From Kudoa neothunni (taxonomy: Eukaryota > Animalia > Cnidaria), in contig OZ199838.1 in NCBI GenBank assembly GCA_964304625.1, forward strand, positions 3,980,705-4,044,704: a stretch of DNA of 64,000 nt, given 5' to 3'. Position numbers and translations under genes: made by a program. The notes beneath the pieces were generated by a model. That model was given only the letters and a program-made list of their open reading frames with translations, was not told the DNA's origin and ran no database searches. Shown one piece after another: positions 52,963 to 64,000 of the stretch. Every line of letters starts with the position of its first letter. The stretch's first letter is position 1.

Positions 52963-53587
52963 TTAAATTTCTCACCTTTAAGTATTCATATTATTTTTAT
53001 ATTATGAATAATGATATTTTAACAGTAATATTTTATGGAATATAATGCAATTATGTGTAAAAACAAATTACGTTGTTTAAAATGACGATATTTCAAATTT
53101 TTGAACATGTATTCTAGTGTTATAATGTGTTCAGCTTATTGCTAATTTGTTTTTAAACATATAAAAATCACTATGACATTTGAAACTATTTTGGAGAAAA
53201 AATTACAAATGATGCGCCATAATAAAGCAATTTACGTCTTGTCCATTTAGAATTTAAATGGACATTGGGCTTGAAACGATCGAATATTTATGACACAAAG
53301 ATCCAAGATATTATTTCTATTATCTAATATTCATGTAAATTTAAAGATCCCCAAATCCAAAACAGTTAAAATTTATTAGGACAAAAATTTAAGGATTAAT
53401 AAATAAAAAGTTTTGTATAAACATCTATATTATTAGATGTCAGGAAAGTGTTATCATCTCAAAAAAGATGCTTCATTATTCGGGATGAAAATAATCTTTA
53501 TTTTGGATAGTTTCAATGAAGATGAAAATAAATTACAACGAAAAGGAATGAAATAAAACATCTGAACAACTTGTGAATTTATATCGT

Positions 53588-55234
53588 TTAAGATATTTTT
53601 TTGGCCGTGTTATCGGATGATTTAAATGGATCCCCTCGAAGGACACCCACGAGAATAACGATGTGAGCCAAATTCAAAATAACACTACAATGTATATTTT
53701 GTGGATACACATTGTAGCAATATTCTACTAGCAGCATCAGTAAAAACCTATAAATATACTCAAATCGACACAAACATCCAAACTACCTCATAAAATATGG
53801 TATATTGGTGTTCCAGAGCAAGTACGGAATCGTGTGATAGTACCACACATAGAAATTATAATGAATCGATCTACTGAAAGTAATACCAATAAAGTTGCTT
53901 AGAAACATAGTGTATATAATGACTAGATTGTTAGTTTGAATAACTGAATGGAAATAATAAAATAAAAAAGTACAATCATTGGTAATTATATCTGTAGGTT
54001 CGGATGGTTTTTGATAAAAATCGATAATATTTAAACCATTTGATCCTCTTTTATTGCGAAATACTTGAATTTGTGAATAATACCTACGAATATATTAAAA
54101 ATACCAGACAGTTATAAACAAATTACCTGATACATTTGCGATACATAAGATAGAGAGAAGTAAGTTGCATGGTCACCAATAGCACATGTAACTTTCGTGA
54201 AGAAAACACTTCAGGGGACATAAAACGGTTAGATATTCCAGAATAGTATTTGAACTGTCTAGTCAATTCAAATGCACATTTTATATAATCAATCGGATAT
54301 GTTATTAAGAATTCAAAGGCTAACCCAATCTATTTTGTTGAGTTATAATGGATTTTATCATTACCATTAAAGAATACTTGTATGAGGGCACATAATAAAA
54401 TACGTTTCAGCGTGCCCATAAGAGTGAATCTTGCTCGTAGCAATAATAACAAGCCTGGTGCAAATAAAAGTATATTCATTTTCACACTGGTTGCCAGGCT
54501 ATATTAAAACTTAAGTTGGTTTGTTGGAAATAATGCAAATAACCTAAAGATAGCACATCCAATAGTCCACCGATCTTTCATCATCAAATAAATTGATAAA
54601 TAAACCAAAAGAGTTGCAATGCAATCATTATGAAGACGTAATGTAAACAGAGCGTGCACTCGATACGATGTCAGACACATCCAACCTATCATCAACATTC
54701 TGTCTCTCTAGCAAACAGAATTATTGTCCATTGGTATAATAAAATTTCAAAAATGTACCAATTTACTGTTTTTGTAAATTAAAAACACAGAAATGATGAC
54801 CATAATATAAATGAAATGAAAAATATATTGAGCTCTAATGATATCAGTTCCATTTGAGGTTATTTGATATATCCAATTAAATAAATAAACATGTCCCGCT
54901 GGATAACTATAAAGGATGATTTAAAAGAAACCGACGTCAGAATGATCAAAAATATTTACACCAAAGGACCAGTTCCTCCAATAAACACTGAAAAATTTCT
55001 TTCCCCATTATAGTAATATTCTGCAAATTGCATATAACTTTTCCAGTCATATTCTGTATCTAAAAATGTATTGATCAGTTCTTACTTCTAGCATTTCAAC
55101 TCGATCCAACGTGAATTCACTATTATCAGATTACATGCTACATGATGAATTATCCATAATCCAAACACTAATTCAAACAACAGTAGAGCAAATGAAGCAA
55201 AGTTAAACCATATATCTGATTCTAACAACCTCAT
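53588..55234 (-). CDS. ALG3: Dol-P-Man:Man5GlcNAc2-PP-Dol alpha-1,3-mannosyltransferase
   Basis: [17 protein letters not shown]|[70 protein letters not shown] and EYCYNVYP, across short GT-AG introns. Confidence 0.92.
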
Positions 55235-55590
55235 TTTATTACTAATAGAATGTTATATTAATGTTTGTTAGTTATGTTTAATCACCATTAGTGTTGTATC
55301 TACGACAACCAAAAATCAAACAGTGCTTCGTCAGCAAAATAAGAGGGTTATCGCCGATTCACTAACAAAAAACAATTAATTCAATATTTACCGATCATAT
55401 AAATAATTGATTAAGATAATTTGATCTATCATTTAATTATATGAACTATTAAAGGCGAGGATAAACATTTTCGTACCCACAAGTTCCGTATGTACGCTAG
55501 ATTAAAGATTTTCAATTTATTTGAAATAGTGCATACACCGTAAGAAATTATTCTGCGCTTAGATTACGACTCAACAAGAACTTTTATTAA

Positions 55591-55827
55591 CCCCTAGAGG
55601 ATAATATTGGGTTCCACGAGCATACTTCTATATTATTTTATTTTTAAACTCACTATGTTCCATGTATTCTCGCCAGAATTTCATTTATTATTTTAAATAA
55701 GTATTACCTTTCGGCTGATGTAATAGAACTGGTTAAACTTTTAATGAAAATACACAAATTATAACAAGTTTTACAATAAAATAATAGAAAGGTGATCCCC
55801 CCGGATCCCAAGATTATCCTTAGAGGG
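55591..55827. mobile_element. piggyBac-type MITE, 237 bp
   Basis: TTAA|CCCCTAGAGGATAATATTGGGTTCC ... GGATCCCAAGATTATCCTTAGAGGG|TTAA. Confidence 0.75.
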
Positions 55828-56399
55828 TTAAGAATTGTTTTAATATTGTGGATTACGCCCGAAATTTTCATATATTAGATTGTACTCTAATCCCCTTGAA
55901 TCGCTCAGCTAAAGTTTAACGCGTCCATTCGTATAATTGTTGATCTAAGATTATTATGTTTGAATAGTGGTGAAATTTCCTAAATACCTTTCTGTTGCAT
56001 TTTTTATTCTTCTCAAAGGGTAGATCATTTCGCAATAATTTCCATATTTTTAGTGTGCCTATGAAGTTGTAGAAAAGGAATGAAAGTGTAAAAGCTACAT
56101 AGCGATTCCAATAGAACATTGTATCAATAGATGAAAACTCATTTTGAAATAAATAGTATTAATCCGTTTGATTGATGTCGTAAATTATGTCACATTTTTA
56201 GCTGAAGCAATCTATTTTAGTATTTACTAGTAGCTCGGGAGAGATTTTAGGGTTTATCTTAAGTGATGAAACAATTCTCATATAAACTTCCTTATAAATT
56301 TATGTAAACTTTAACAGGCATAAGTTTATTTGAATACAACCCTCTTAATTTTCCTTATTTCGCTTTCTTTGAACATTACATTTAACAGTATGTAAAAGT

Positions 56400-56552
56400 T
56401 ATTGTGGGGACTCTTACAGATCTACGCTCTAATGAAGACACGTTTAATTGTAACTGTCGAACGTTTTATATGATAAGTAATCAATAGTCGTAGTATATTA
56501 TAATTCCCTTCATAGTATATAATGGAGGTTAATGGATATAGGATTCGTGACA
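56400..56552 (-). repeat. BEL/Pao 3' LTR
   Basis: About 88% identical by eye to 62134-62288 (about 17 substitutions and one 2-nt indel). Confidence 0.9.
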
Positions 56553-58763
56553 CTCGCCTGAAACATTTGGACAGGTTTCCAGTTCTTCGCTTCTAGAGGA
56601 TATAAATGCATCAAAGATCTTTTGAAGCACCTTCTGTCAGCATTCTCAACCAATGCAGACCTGATTTCATCATCAGATGATTTGACCAACTCAGATATTC
56701 TCGCGAATTTCCATTTCTTCCAAGGAAGATCTTCTTGGAATATGACTACATCTCCCACTTTAGGACGCAGATTTCATAAGCTTCGAGGACTTGGAATAGA
56801 ATTAATGTATCTTTCACGGAGATTATATAGGTATTCACCTTTCCATCGGTTCTAAAATTTTCTAAGGATTGTGTTACCTCTTCTCCAGTTTTTTATAATT
56901 CCAGTTCTTGATTTATCTAACTCATCAGTATCCATATCAGACGGTTTCTTTACTTCAATACAATCACGTCTAGGATTCAACATCAGGAAGTCATTTGGTA
57001 CTATTGGTCGAAGAACTGGATCTTCATCAACGTAGGTAAGCGGTCGGTTGTTTATCACAAATTCAACCGCTAATAATATTGTTTTAAGTTTATATTTCCC
57101 AGAGCACATGTAGTCCAATGACTTTTCTAGGCAGCTTTTTGTAATACCAATCAATCGCTCATATACTCCACCTTGCCAAGGTGCTAATGGCGTCGTAAAT
57201 TTCCGATTTATATCATTGGAAACAAGGCATTCCTTCATGATTGCAGAAGATAACACAAACTGAGTTGCATTGTCCGAGATCACTTTAAGAGGTGCGCCTC
57301 TTCTGGCTATCAGACGACGAAATGCCGGCAAAAACTGATGCGAGGTGAGATTATGCACAATTTCCAGATGGATAGCCCTCACCACCAAACAAGTGTACAA
57401 ACATACCCAAATTTTCTTTTCTTCTCCAGAACATTTCAGTTTGATTGGTCCCATATAATCCACTCCAATGTAGGTAAAAGCAGGAGTTTGGTTAACCCTG
57501 CTATATGGTAATGGAGGAAACGATGGCACTCTGAATGGTTCGGCGTTTAGTTTCAGACATTTTTTTCATTTTCTAATTCCATGTTTAACTTGTTATTATC
57601 TTTTCCGAATCCAATATTCAGATCTAATGTGTGCTAATGTATATGACGTTCCAATACGATAGGTTCTAGCATGAGCATCCATTATTACAAGCTTCGTGTA
57701 CGCTGGCTTGTTGGGAAGAAGTTTTGGATTTGTTTCGTCTACTTTCAATACAGCATTTTCTATTTGACCAGCGCAACGAATCAAACCAGTTTCGTCGATG
57801 AATAGTTTTGGCAATGTTTCAAAGTCTATAACACGGTTATGTTCGATACATTGGCGAATTTTGGCTAAGTGTGTTTTTTGTATGAAGAGATTCCAAAGTT
57901 GCTTCGAATTTCTCATGTCATCGGTTTGCAGACTACCACGTTTAATGTTAACTTTTTTGATACTGTTGCAAAATCGAGAAAACCACGATGTTACTCTAAG
58001 TAGTTTTTGTAATGATGAAAATCGATCAATTTCTATTTAATACGGCGAGCATATATTTTCCCCATTTAATGTATCAACAGCAGTATTGACGCATTGTTTT
58101 TGATGTTTTCGTATTTCTGAATCAATCTGAACCATATCAATCAAGTTATCATAGCTAAAGTTCCAATCATTTTTATCAGATGCGATCCAAGACGGTCCGT
58201 GCCACCAGTGGGAACAATTTTCTATTTCTTTTGAGGTTATTTCCCTTGTAGTAATATCCGCAGGATTATATTGGGTAGGTGCATATTTAACTTTTATGTA
58301 TGGGTTGGACTTGATTTCAGCAATTCTATTACCAGCAAAAACTGAAAGATCTTTGTTAGAACTGAGCCAGTGAAGGACAAATTTGGCGTCTGTGAAGAGA
58401 TGGCAATTAATGTTAGGAATGTTTAATTGTTGCGAGACGAATTTCGTACAGCGATTTGTTATTGTAACTCCTATAAGTTCCAATCTTGGTATCGTCGTTT
58501 CTTTTATTGGAATCACTCGCGATTTCGCAAAGATTAGTTCGGTACTCCAATTTATGTCATTAAACCACCGTAAATAAATGGTGCAACCATATGCATCTTT
58601 AGAGACGTCAGAAGACGTTACTAGGTTCAAATATTTTCTCGAATTCTTGTTGATGTACTTTTTTTTCTTTATATTTTTAATGTAGTAGATGTCACGCAGA
58701 CAAATTTTCCATTGTTAAGAATCATTCTCATCTAATTGCTCATCCCATCTTTTGGATCTTTTC

Positions 58764-59113
58764 TGTTATGTACATAATCCGTGAGCAGCCCTGACAAAAT
58801 CTTGGAAGAATCCACTGTAAATAATCTATGCCATCAAAATCAAGACCAATCATCCTTTGTTTAATTATCACACTTGTAATATGTACTTATCTACGAAATG
58901 GTAAGGGAAAATCATCCATCTCTGTCTCCCTGTCTTACACACACCTATTGTCATTCCTTTCCCGATGATTCCTCCACAATGCGGCTGGCGCTAATATTGA
59001 TTCGTCGTGTATAAACCCCAAATTAGCTGCTAGTTCCTTATCCTTTTATTTTTGTTGTATTTTGTGTCAACGTGTTTTCTTTTGCTAACCGCTTTCTAAA
59101 TTTGGACATAACA
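58764..59113. mobile_element. Solo LTR (350 bp) nested in BEL/Pao pol
   Basis: TTTTC|TGTTATGTAC ... GGACATAACA|TTTTC. It interrupts the LW..WDE motif between RT and RNase H. Confidence 0.85.
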
Positions 59114-62100
59114 TTTTCCAAAGGTTTTTCAGCAGAATCTTCCCTTTTAATAACACTGGACAGAATAATCCCATTGGATCATACAATTTAGCCAATTCTT
59201 TTGCTATCTGTCTTTAGTCACTTTATTGGCTGAAAATAGCGACGCGTTGCAAGGAATAGTACCCTCACTTACGTCCTATTTAAGACCGAGCATATTAACG
59301 TTTTCATTATTTAATAATTTTTCAGTTGGTATGTTGTCATTTATTTCAGTTTCATTGGACTTCCATCCATGCAGACTCATAGAACTTTCCATGAAAATTT
59401 TTTTCATCTCTTCGTAAGTGGATGAAGCTTCTTCTACTGAGTCCAGACCAATTACAAAGTTGCCCATATATAAGGATTCCATAATTTTTTGGATATTGTC
59501 GAGTTTGGTATCAGAATGTGATGCTTGAGAGTGAAGCTCAAAAGAAAAGGAGATGATTTTATATCAAATGGTATTCTGGTAAACCTATTGACCGAAATGT
59601 TATTAGCATTTACATTGTCGTTGATGCTTTTTAGCCAGAGGAATCTCGTCAAGTCCCTTTCTTCTTGTTGGATTCCTATCTGTGAGAATGCCTTTTCTAT
59701 GTCACACAGCAAGATTATTTTGTGAATTATCATTCTCGTTAATATTCCAGTTAGATCATTCAAAGGTATGGGTCTTTTCAACAGACAATCGTTTAAGCAT
59801 TTTGCTCCTTTACCGGATTTATATGAAGCGTTGTACACCACACGACATTTTGATAATGACTTGTTAGTCAGAATTATCAAATGATGTGGAGTATAATGAC
59901 ATATGTTGTCTTCATTCCTGGAATCCGCCACTTCGATAACACCATTTTACTGTTGCTGTAGAATAATATCATCGTATCGTTTTAACATATCTTTTTTAAT
60001 GTACAGTCTCATCACCAAACTCTTGAGTTGATGATAATATATAATATTTTGTATAGTTTTCTGGAAGAGCTTTAATGTTTGGTTTGGTTGGCCATTTTAT
60101 ATGATACCGATCCTGATGAAATTCCACCGTCTGGTTGAAATGTTCGACTGCCATAGCATCATCTCTTGTTAGAGGATCATATGTAATACCAATGGTGTCC
60201 AATTTCCAAATTTTGATTAAATCCTCCCCCGTTGCTTCTTTGCTTCTATCGCATCTTCTTCTATTATAGGATCCACGCTTCTCTTTTTAGGAAATGCGTA
60301 AAATTGAACTTCAGGTGTTCTTTCCAACGTGTTCTCAATACGACCAGAAATGATGGTTCCAAATATGGTTTTAACAAAGTATGCGTCATTCGACGGAATT
60401 TTCGATTTTGAAATAACTATGTCCCAGAAATAGACCGAACCAAGTAAAAGATAAATGTCTGCGTCTTCGTGAGGTTTTATTTCCTCTGCAAACGACTTAT
60501 CTACCGGGTTGTACTCAAAAAATTTTCCCATGATGGTATATTGATTGAAGATGATATCTTTTCCATCATATTGGCATTAATATTGAATATATCTCCATTT
60601 TTGGGGTAATGCCAAACGTAACTTTAGATGCAGTTATTTGTTTTGCATCATCGGATTCAAAGTTTGCAATTGATAAGATTGTTTTATTACCATTTGGTAC
60701 TTTGAGTTTGAGCACGATTGAGTCTGGCACATAGGTGGATGCACTTCCTGAATCTAACACCACGTTAGTTACAATATACAATTCTGGCTTTTCTGTATTT
60801 ATCAATTTTGCTCTTAATGTTGGAATTTTTGATGATTGAATTTTCATGTGTGTTTTGGTATAAAATTGAGATTCATTATTATTATTATTCTAATTTTTAG
60901 TATTTGTTAAAACATATAAGTTGTTTAGATTAGATTTATGTTTTCTTAGGCAGAGACTTCTGTGATGGTTATTCGATTTACAATGATAACACGTTTTTCT
61001 CATTTTAAAGTCATTATTTCCATGTGAGTTTAGACATCTCGTATATTTACCTTTTAATTTACTCATTCTTTCTTTTACAATAATGTAAGTTTTACAATAG
61101 TCACTCCAGTGAGGACCATTGCAAAAAATACATTTATTTGTTGTTGAAGGAGTTTTTTCGTGATTTCTAGTCTCAATATCATTCGAATGTTTAGGAATTT
61201 TCCAATAACCATAATTGTACATTTGTTCACGAGCCTGTATGAGTTTCTCATTCGTTATTTTAAAGATTTCACTGATCAATTCTCCACCTTTTTTGTTCCG
61301 CGAGTTATAGCCTAAACATAACATAACTAGGAACTTAGAAAGTATCAGTGGAACCATGAAAGTATCGGATATGCTTTCGCCAAGATTTTCCAATTGTTTG
61401 ATAATTGATTTTATCTTGTTAAAGGTGTATCTTAAGTTGTATACCTCATCCGAAGTAGTTAACAATTGATTTAGTTGCCCATACAACATTTTTGCTAGAA
61501 CGGTCGCTCGATCATATCGGTCTTTTATCATATCACATGTGATTTTATAGGTACAAGCCTCCAGAACAATATCCATAATCAATCTTTTCGTTTCGCCGAA
61601 AAGAACTGATCTTAGATAACATAACTTGCTATAATCACATAATTCAGTTGAGTTTCCCACAAGTATCTCAAAATTCTCCCAAAACTGTTCCCATTTATAA
61701 GGAGAACCATCAAATTTTTCAAATTCGATTGTTGTTAGTTGCACGTTTGGTTTATTTGTTTGAATTTTGAGCGATTTTTCATCCATTGATAAATTATCAT
61801 ATTCAGGTTTAAGGTTCGAAATGAACACTAGCTTTGCTTCTTCAGATTGGATCATTTCATCCATGTCATTAATCAACAGTTCTATATCAACGATAAAATC
61901 TGCATAATTCGTTTGACCGTTCATCGAATCATTTTGAAGGAATTCTGAGACATATTCCTTGTATGGGTTGAAAAGACATTTCAGTTTTCTTCTCAATTTT
62001 TCCAGTATAACAGTGCTCGTTTCATCTCTCATGTGAAGTTGAGCTTATTAAGCAATAGCGTTAATTTTGCTTTCAATCGATGATAACAGTACGATTTCAG

Positions 62101-62133
62101 AGTTTTCAGATACATTATCGTCAGCGGATGCCA

Positions 62134-62288
62134 TATTGTGGGGACTATTACAGATTAAAGCTCTAATGAAGACACACTTTTAATTGTAACTGTCGAACGT
62201 CTTATATGATAAGTAAATAATGGTCGTAATATACTATAATTCCTTTCATTGTACATAATGGAGGTCAATGGATATAGGATCCTTGACA
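62134..62288 (-). repeat. BEL/Pao 5' LTR
   Basis: Direct repeat of 56400-56552, immediately followed by PBS-like TGGCATCCGCTG. Confidence 0.9.
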
Positions 62289-64000
62289 AAAGTGGTAAAA
62301 AATGATTATTTGAGTTTTTTCAAGTTAGAATCGATGAAGATGGAATTTTATCAAATAACTACTTGTGTTTTGCCGAAATTAGGTTTTATACAACGTGTTA
62401 GTTCAAATCGGATATCTAGTAGCCTCATCGTTTATCAAAAAATCATTAATGTTTATATAAATTCAAATATTATTAAGTTATATATAATAATATCTTACAA
62501 ATTTAAATTGACCCAGAAAATTCAAAGTTATTGCACTACTTGGTCTAAATGTTGAAGAATTCTAGCACTCCAATAAGACCATCTAATGTGGAGCACAACA
62601 TTCTAACTCTTCTAAACTTTATTACAATTTTAGAAAAAAAGAACTCTTGCTTGGAAAGCGTTAATAAGAGTTTATTAAAATAGAGATGTGCTTTACTTTT
62701 CGATGGAATAAAAACTACTTTTCTGGTAAATAATACTCAAAATTGCAATATGGATAAATTAATTCTTCGAACTTTGTTTTTGAGTCTGTTCAATTCTTTT
62801 AGCACAAAGATATTATAATACAGTCCTTCATTCGATGTTTGAATAGAGCATAGGAATTATACCTAGATGGAAATTTATTTTTGCGAACGACCATTCCTCC
62901 ATTAAATATAAGAAAAATTAGTCAGATACTATTTGACTAATAGAAAATATTAATGTAAATTATAATTTATTTAGGTATTAACGAACGTTGAAATTTGTTG
63001 AAACCTAATTAACAAACACTTATATGATAGCATAGTGTTGGATATCACCAATATCAGAGTCTCCTTATAGAATTAAGCATTCAGAATTTAAACGCATAAT
63101 ACGCTTCTGAATAATTCCAAAATGATTCATGGTCACGATAAAGTTGTTTATCATCGCTAATAAGGACGAAAAAAATCCGAAATGTTGGCCTCAACTGGAG
63201 CATAACATTTTTAAATGTGATTATTGTCAAATTTTTTGCATGTTCTTTTTAACCTCAATCTCAATATTCCGTAAGCTTTAAGAATGAATTATTAAAATGT
63301 ATAATTGTAAATTCCCTTTGGTGAGTTTCTAATCCAGATATTTTAATTTGAAAATAAAACATTATGCTAAGTATAAAATCATCTACTCGAAGGTTTCACG
63401 TAATAAAATCAACAACGCTTATTTTTATTTTTTATGAATTTGTAATAACTCCTTACTTTTGAAACCTTGTTTTTCGATTATTTAATCTTTAGAAGAACAA
63501 GAGTACAAAAATCTAGCACGGTTTGCAACGCTGTCACAGTGTTACAGTCCACTAACGAAATGTTTCCCAACTCGGAGTGTGAAAAAATGTTGTTGGGCAT
63601 GAAAATATTTGAATGTTTAATGAACTGCTCTAATAGGATGGTGGGGCGCGGAAATTCCTGAGTATTGTCGTGACACGGATAATGGGGGTTAATTGGGAAG
63701 TATGATGTACTTTGATGTCAATATCGCTTATTTATAAGTGACGATTAATATCATAAAAAATACGACAAACAATGAATAATTATATTAAAATTAATAATAA
63801 TAATATTTAACGTGTCCCTCACCCAAATAGAATCAGAATAGTTTGGATATCAATCTTGTCACATTAAGGATCACATATACCCTTTTTGATTAAACCTAAT
63901 GTAATATTGATTAATTTTTTTATATATTCCATTCATTAGCTACGTATACTCGAAAGTCTTTCCTAATGAAAGTTGAATTACCACGAGTTTCCTTTGATTC

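Larger units (their letters stand above)
56400..62288 (-). mobile_element. Full-length but decayed BEL/Pao LTR retrotransposon
   Basis: LTRs 56400-56552 and 62134-62288, TSD AAAGT. gag FDG..WEQFW plus Cys-His knuckles; PR LDSGS; RT CDIEKAF..RIPF..SSPF; RNase H SDVSKDAYG..AKSRV..IPRLEL; IN GVDYMGP, SDNATQF, WQGGVYER and HLYPLE. Confidence 0.95.

Noticed and set aside
55848-55915. tRNA-like sequence on the minus strand
   Set aside because: One stem-loop and a D-arm-like start, but no valid T-loop, 7-nt anticodon loop or acceptor stem.
62045-62050. In-frame TAA TAA in BEL gag as a sign of stop-codon reassignment
   Set aside because: Host genes end in TAA, TAG and TGA and have no internal stops once spliced; the element is generally decayed.
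62289-64000. Short ORFs and a possible TGTCAC..GTGACA solo LTR at 63532-63675
   Set aside because: No TSD and no recognisable motifs.
1-64000. CRISPR arrays, prokaryotic operons, systematic non-canonical or U12 introns, and the many antisense ORFs in the track
   Set aside because: No repeat-spacer array was seen, nearly all introns read are GT-AG, and the antisense ORFs are shadows of real exons or TE ORFs.

Overview
AT-rich eukaryotic (animal) nuclear DNA. Genes are split by many tiny GT-AG introns, mostly about 39-65 nt, and sit in islands between nested, mostly decayed transposons. A DM-domain gene and a tetraspanin indicate Metazoa. The tiny introns, fast-evolving housekeeping proteins and Merlin/hAT/piggyBac load suggest a reduced parasite such as a myxozoan or orthonectid (inference only). 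Hand-spliced genes: divergent tetraspanin (-), TBC1D20 (+), orphan multi-pass membrane protein (+), SART3/Prp24 (-), a spliced ORF missed by the ORF track that abuts or fuses to NELF-B (+), SRSF1/9-like (+), mitochondrial thioredoxin whose last exon lies 4.5 kb downstream across a Merlin element (+), minimal DM+DMA DMRT (+), XRN2 with about 23 introns (-) and ALG3 (-). Mobile DNA: two hAT, pogo, Tc1/IS630-like DD34E, five piggyBac derivatives, three Merlin (IS1595/IS1016-like), a Gypsy pol fragment, a full-length 3,969-bp Gypsy, a full-length BEL/Pao and two solo LTRs. The most notable pattern is that both full-length LTR retrotransposons, from unrelated superfamilies, have 118-155 bp LTRs and no internal UTRs: the ORF starts in or at the 5' LTR, reads through the PBS, and stops inside the 3' LTR. 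No CRISPR array, rRNA or convincing tRNA was seen. All gene models were read by eye and need RNA-seq confirmation.
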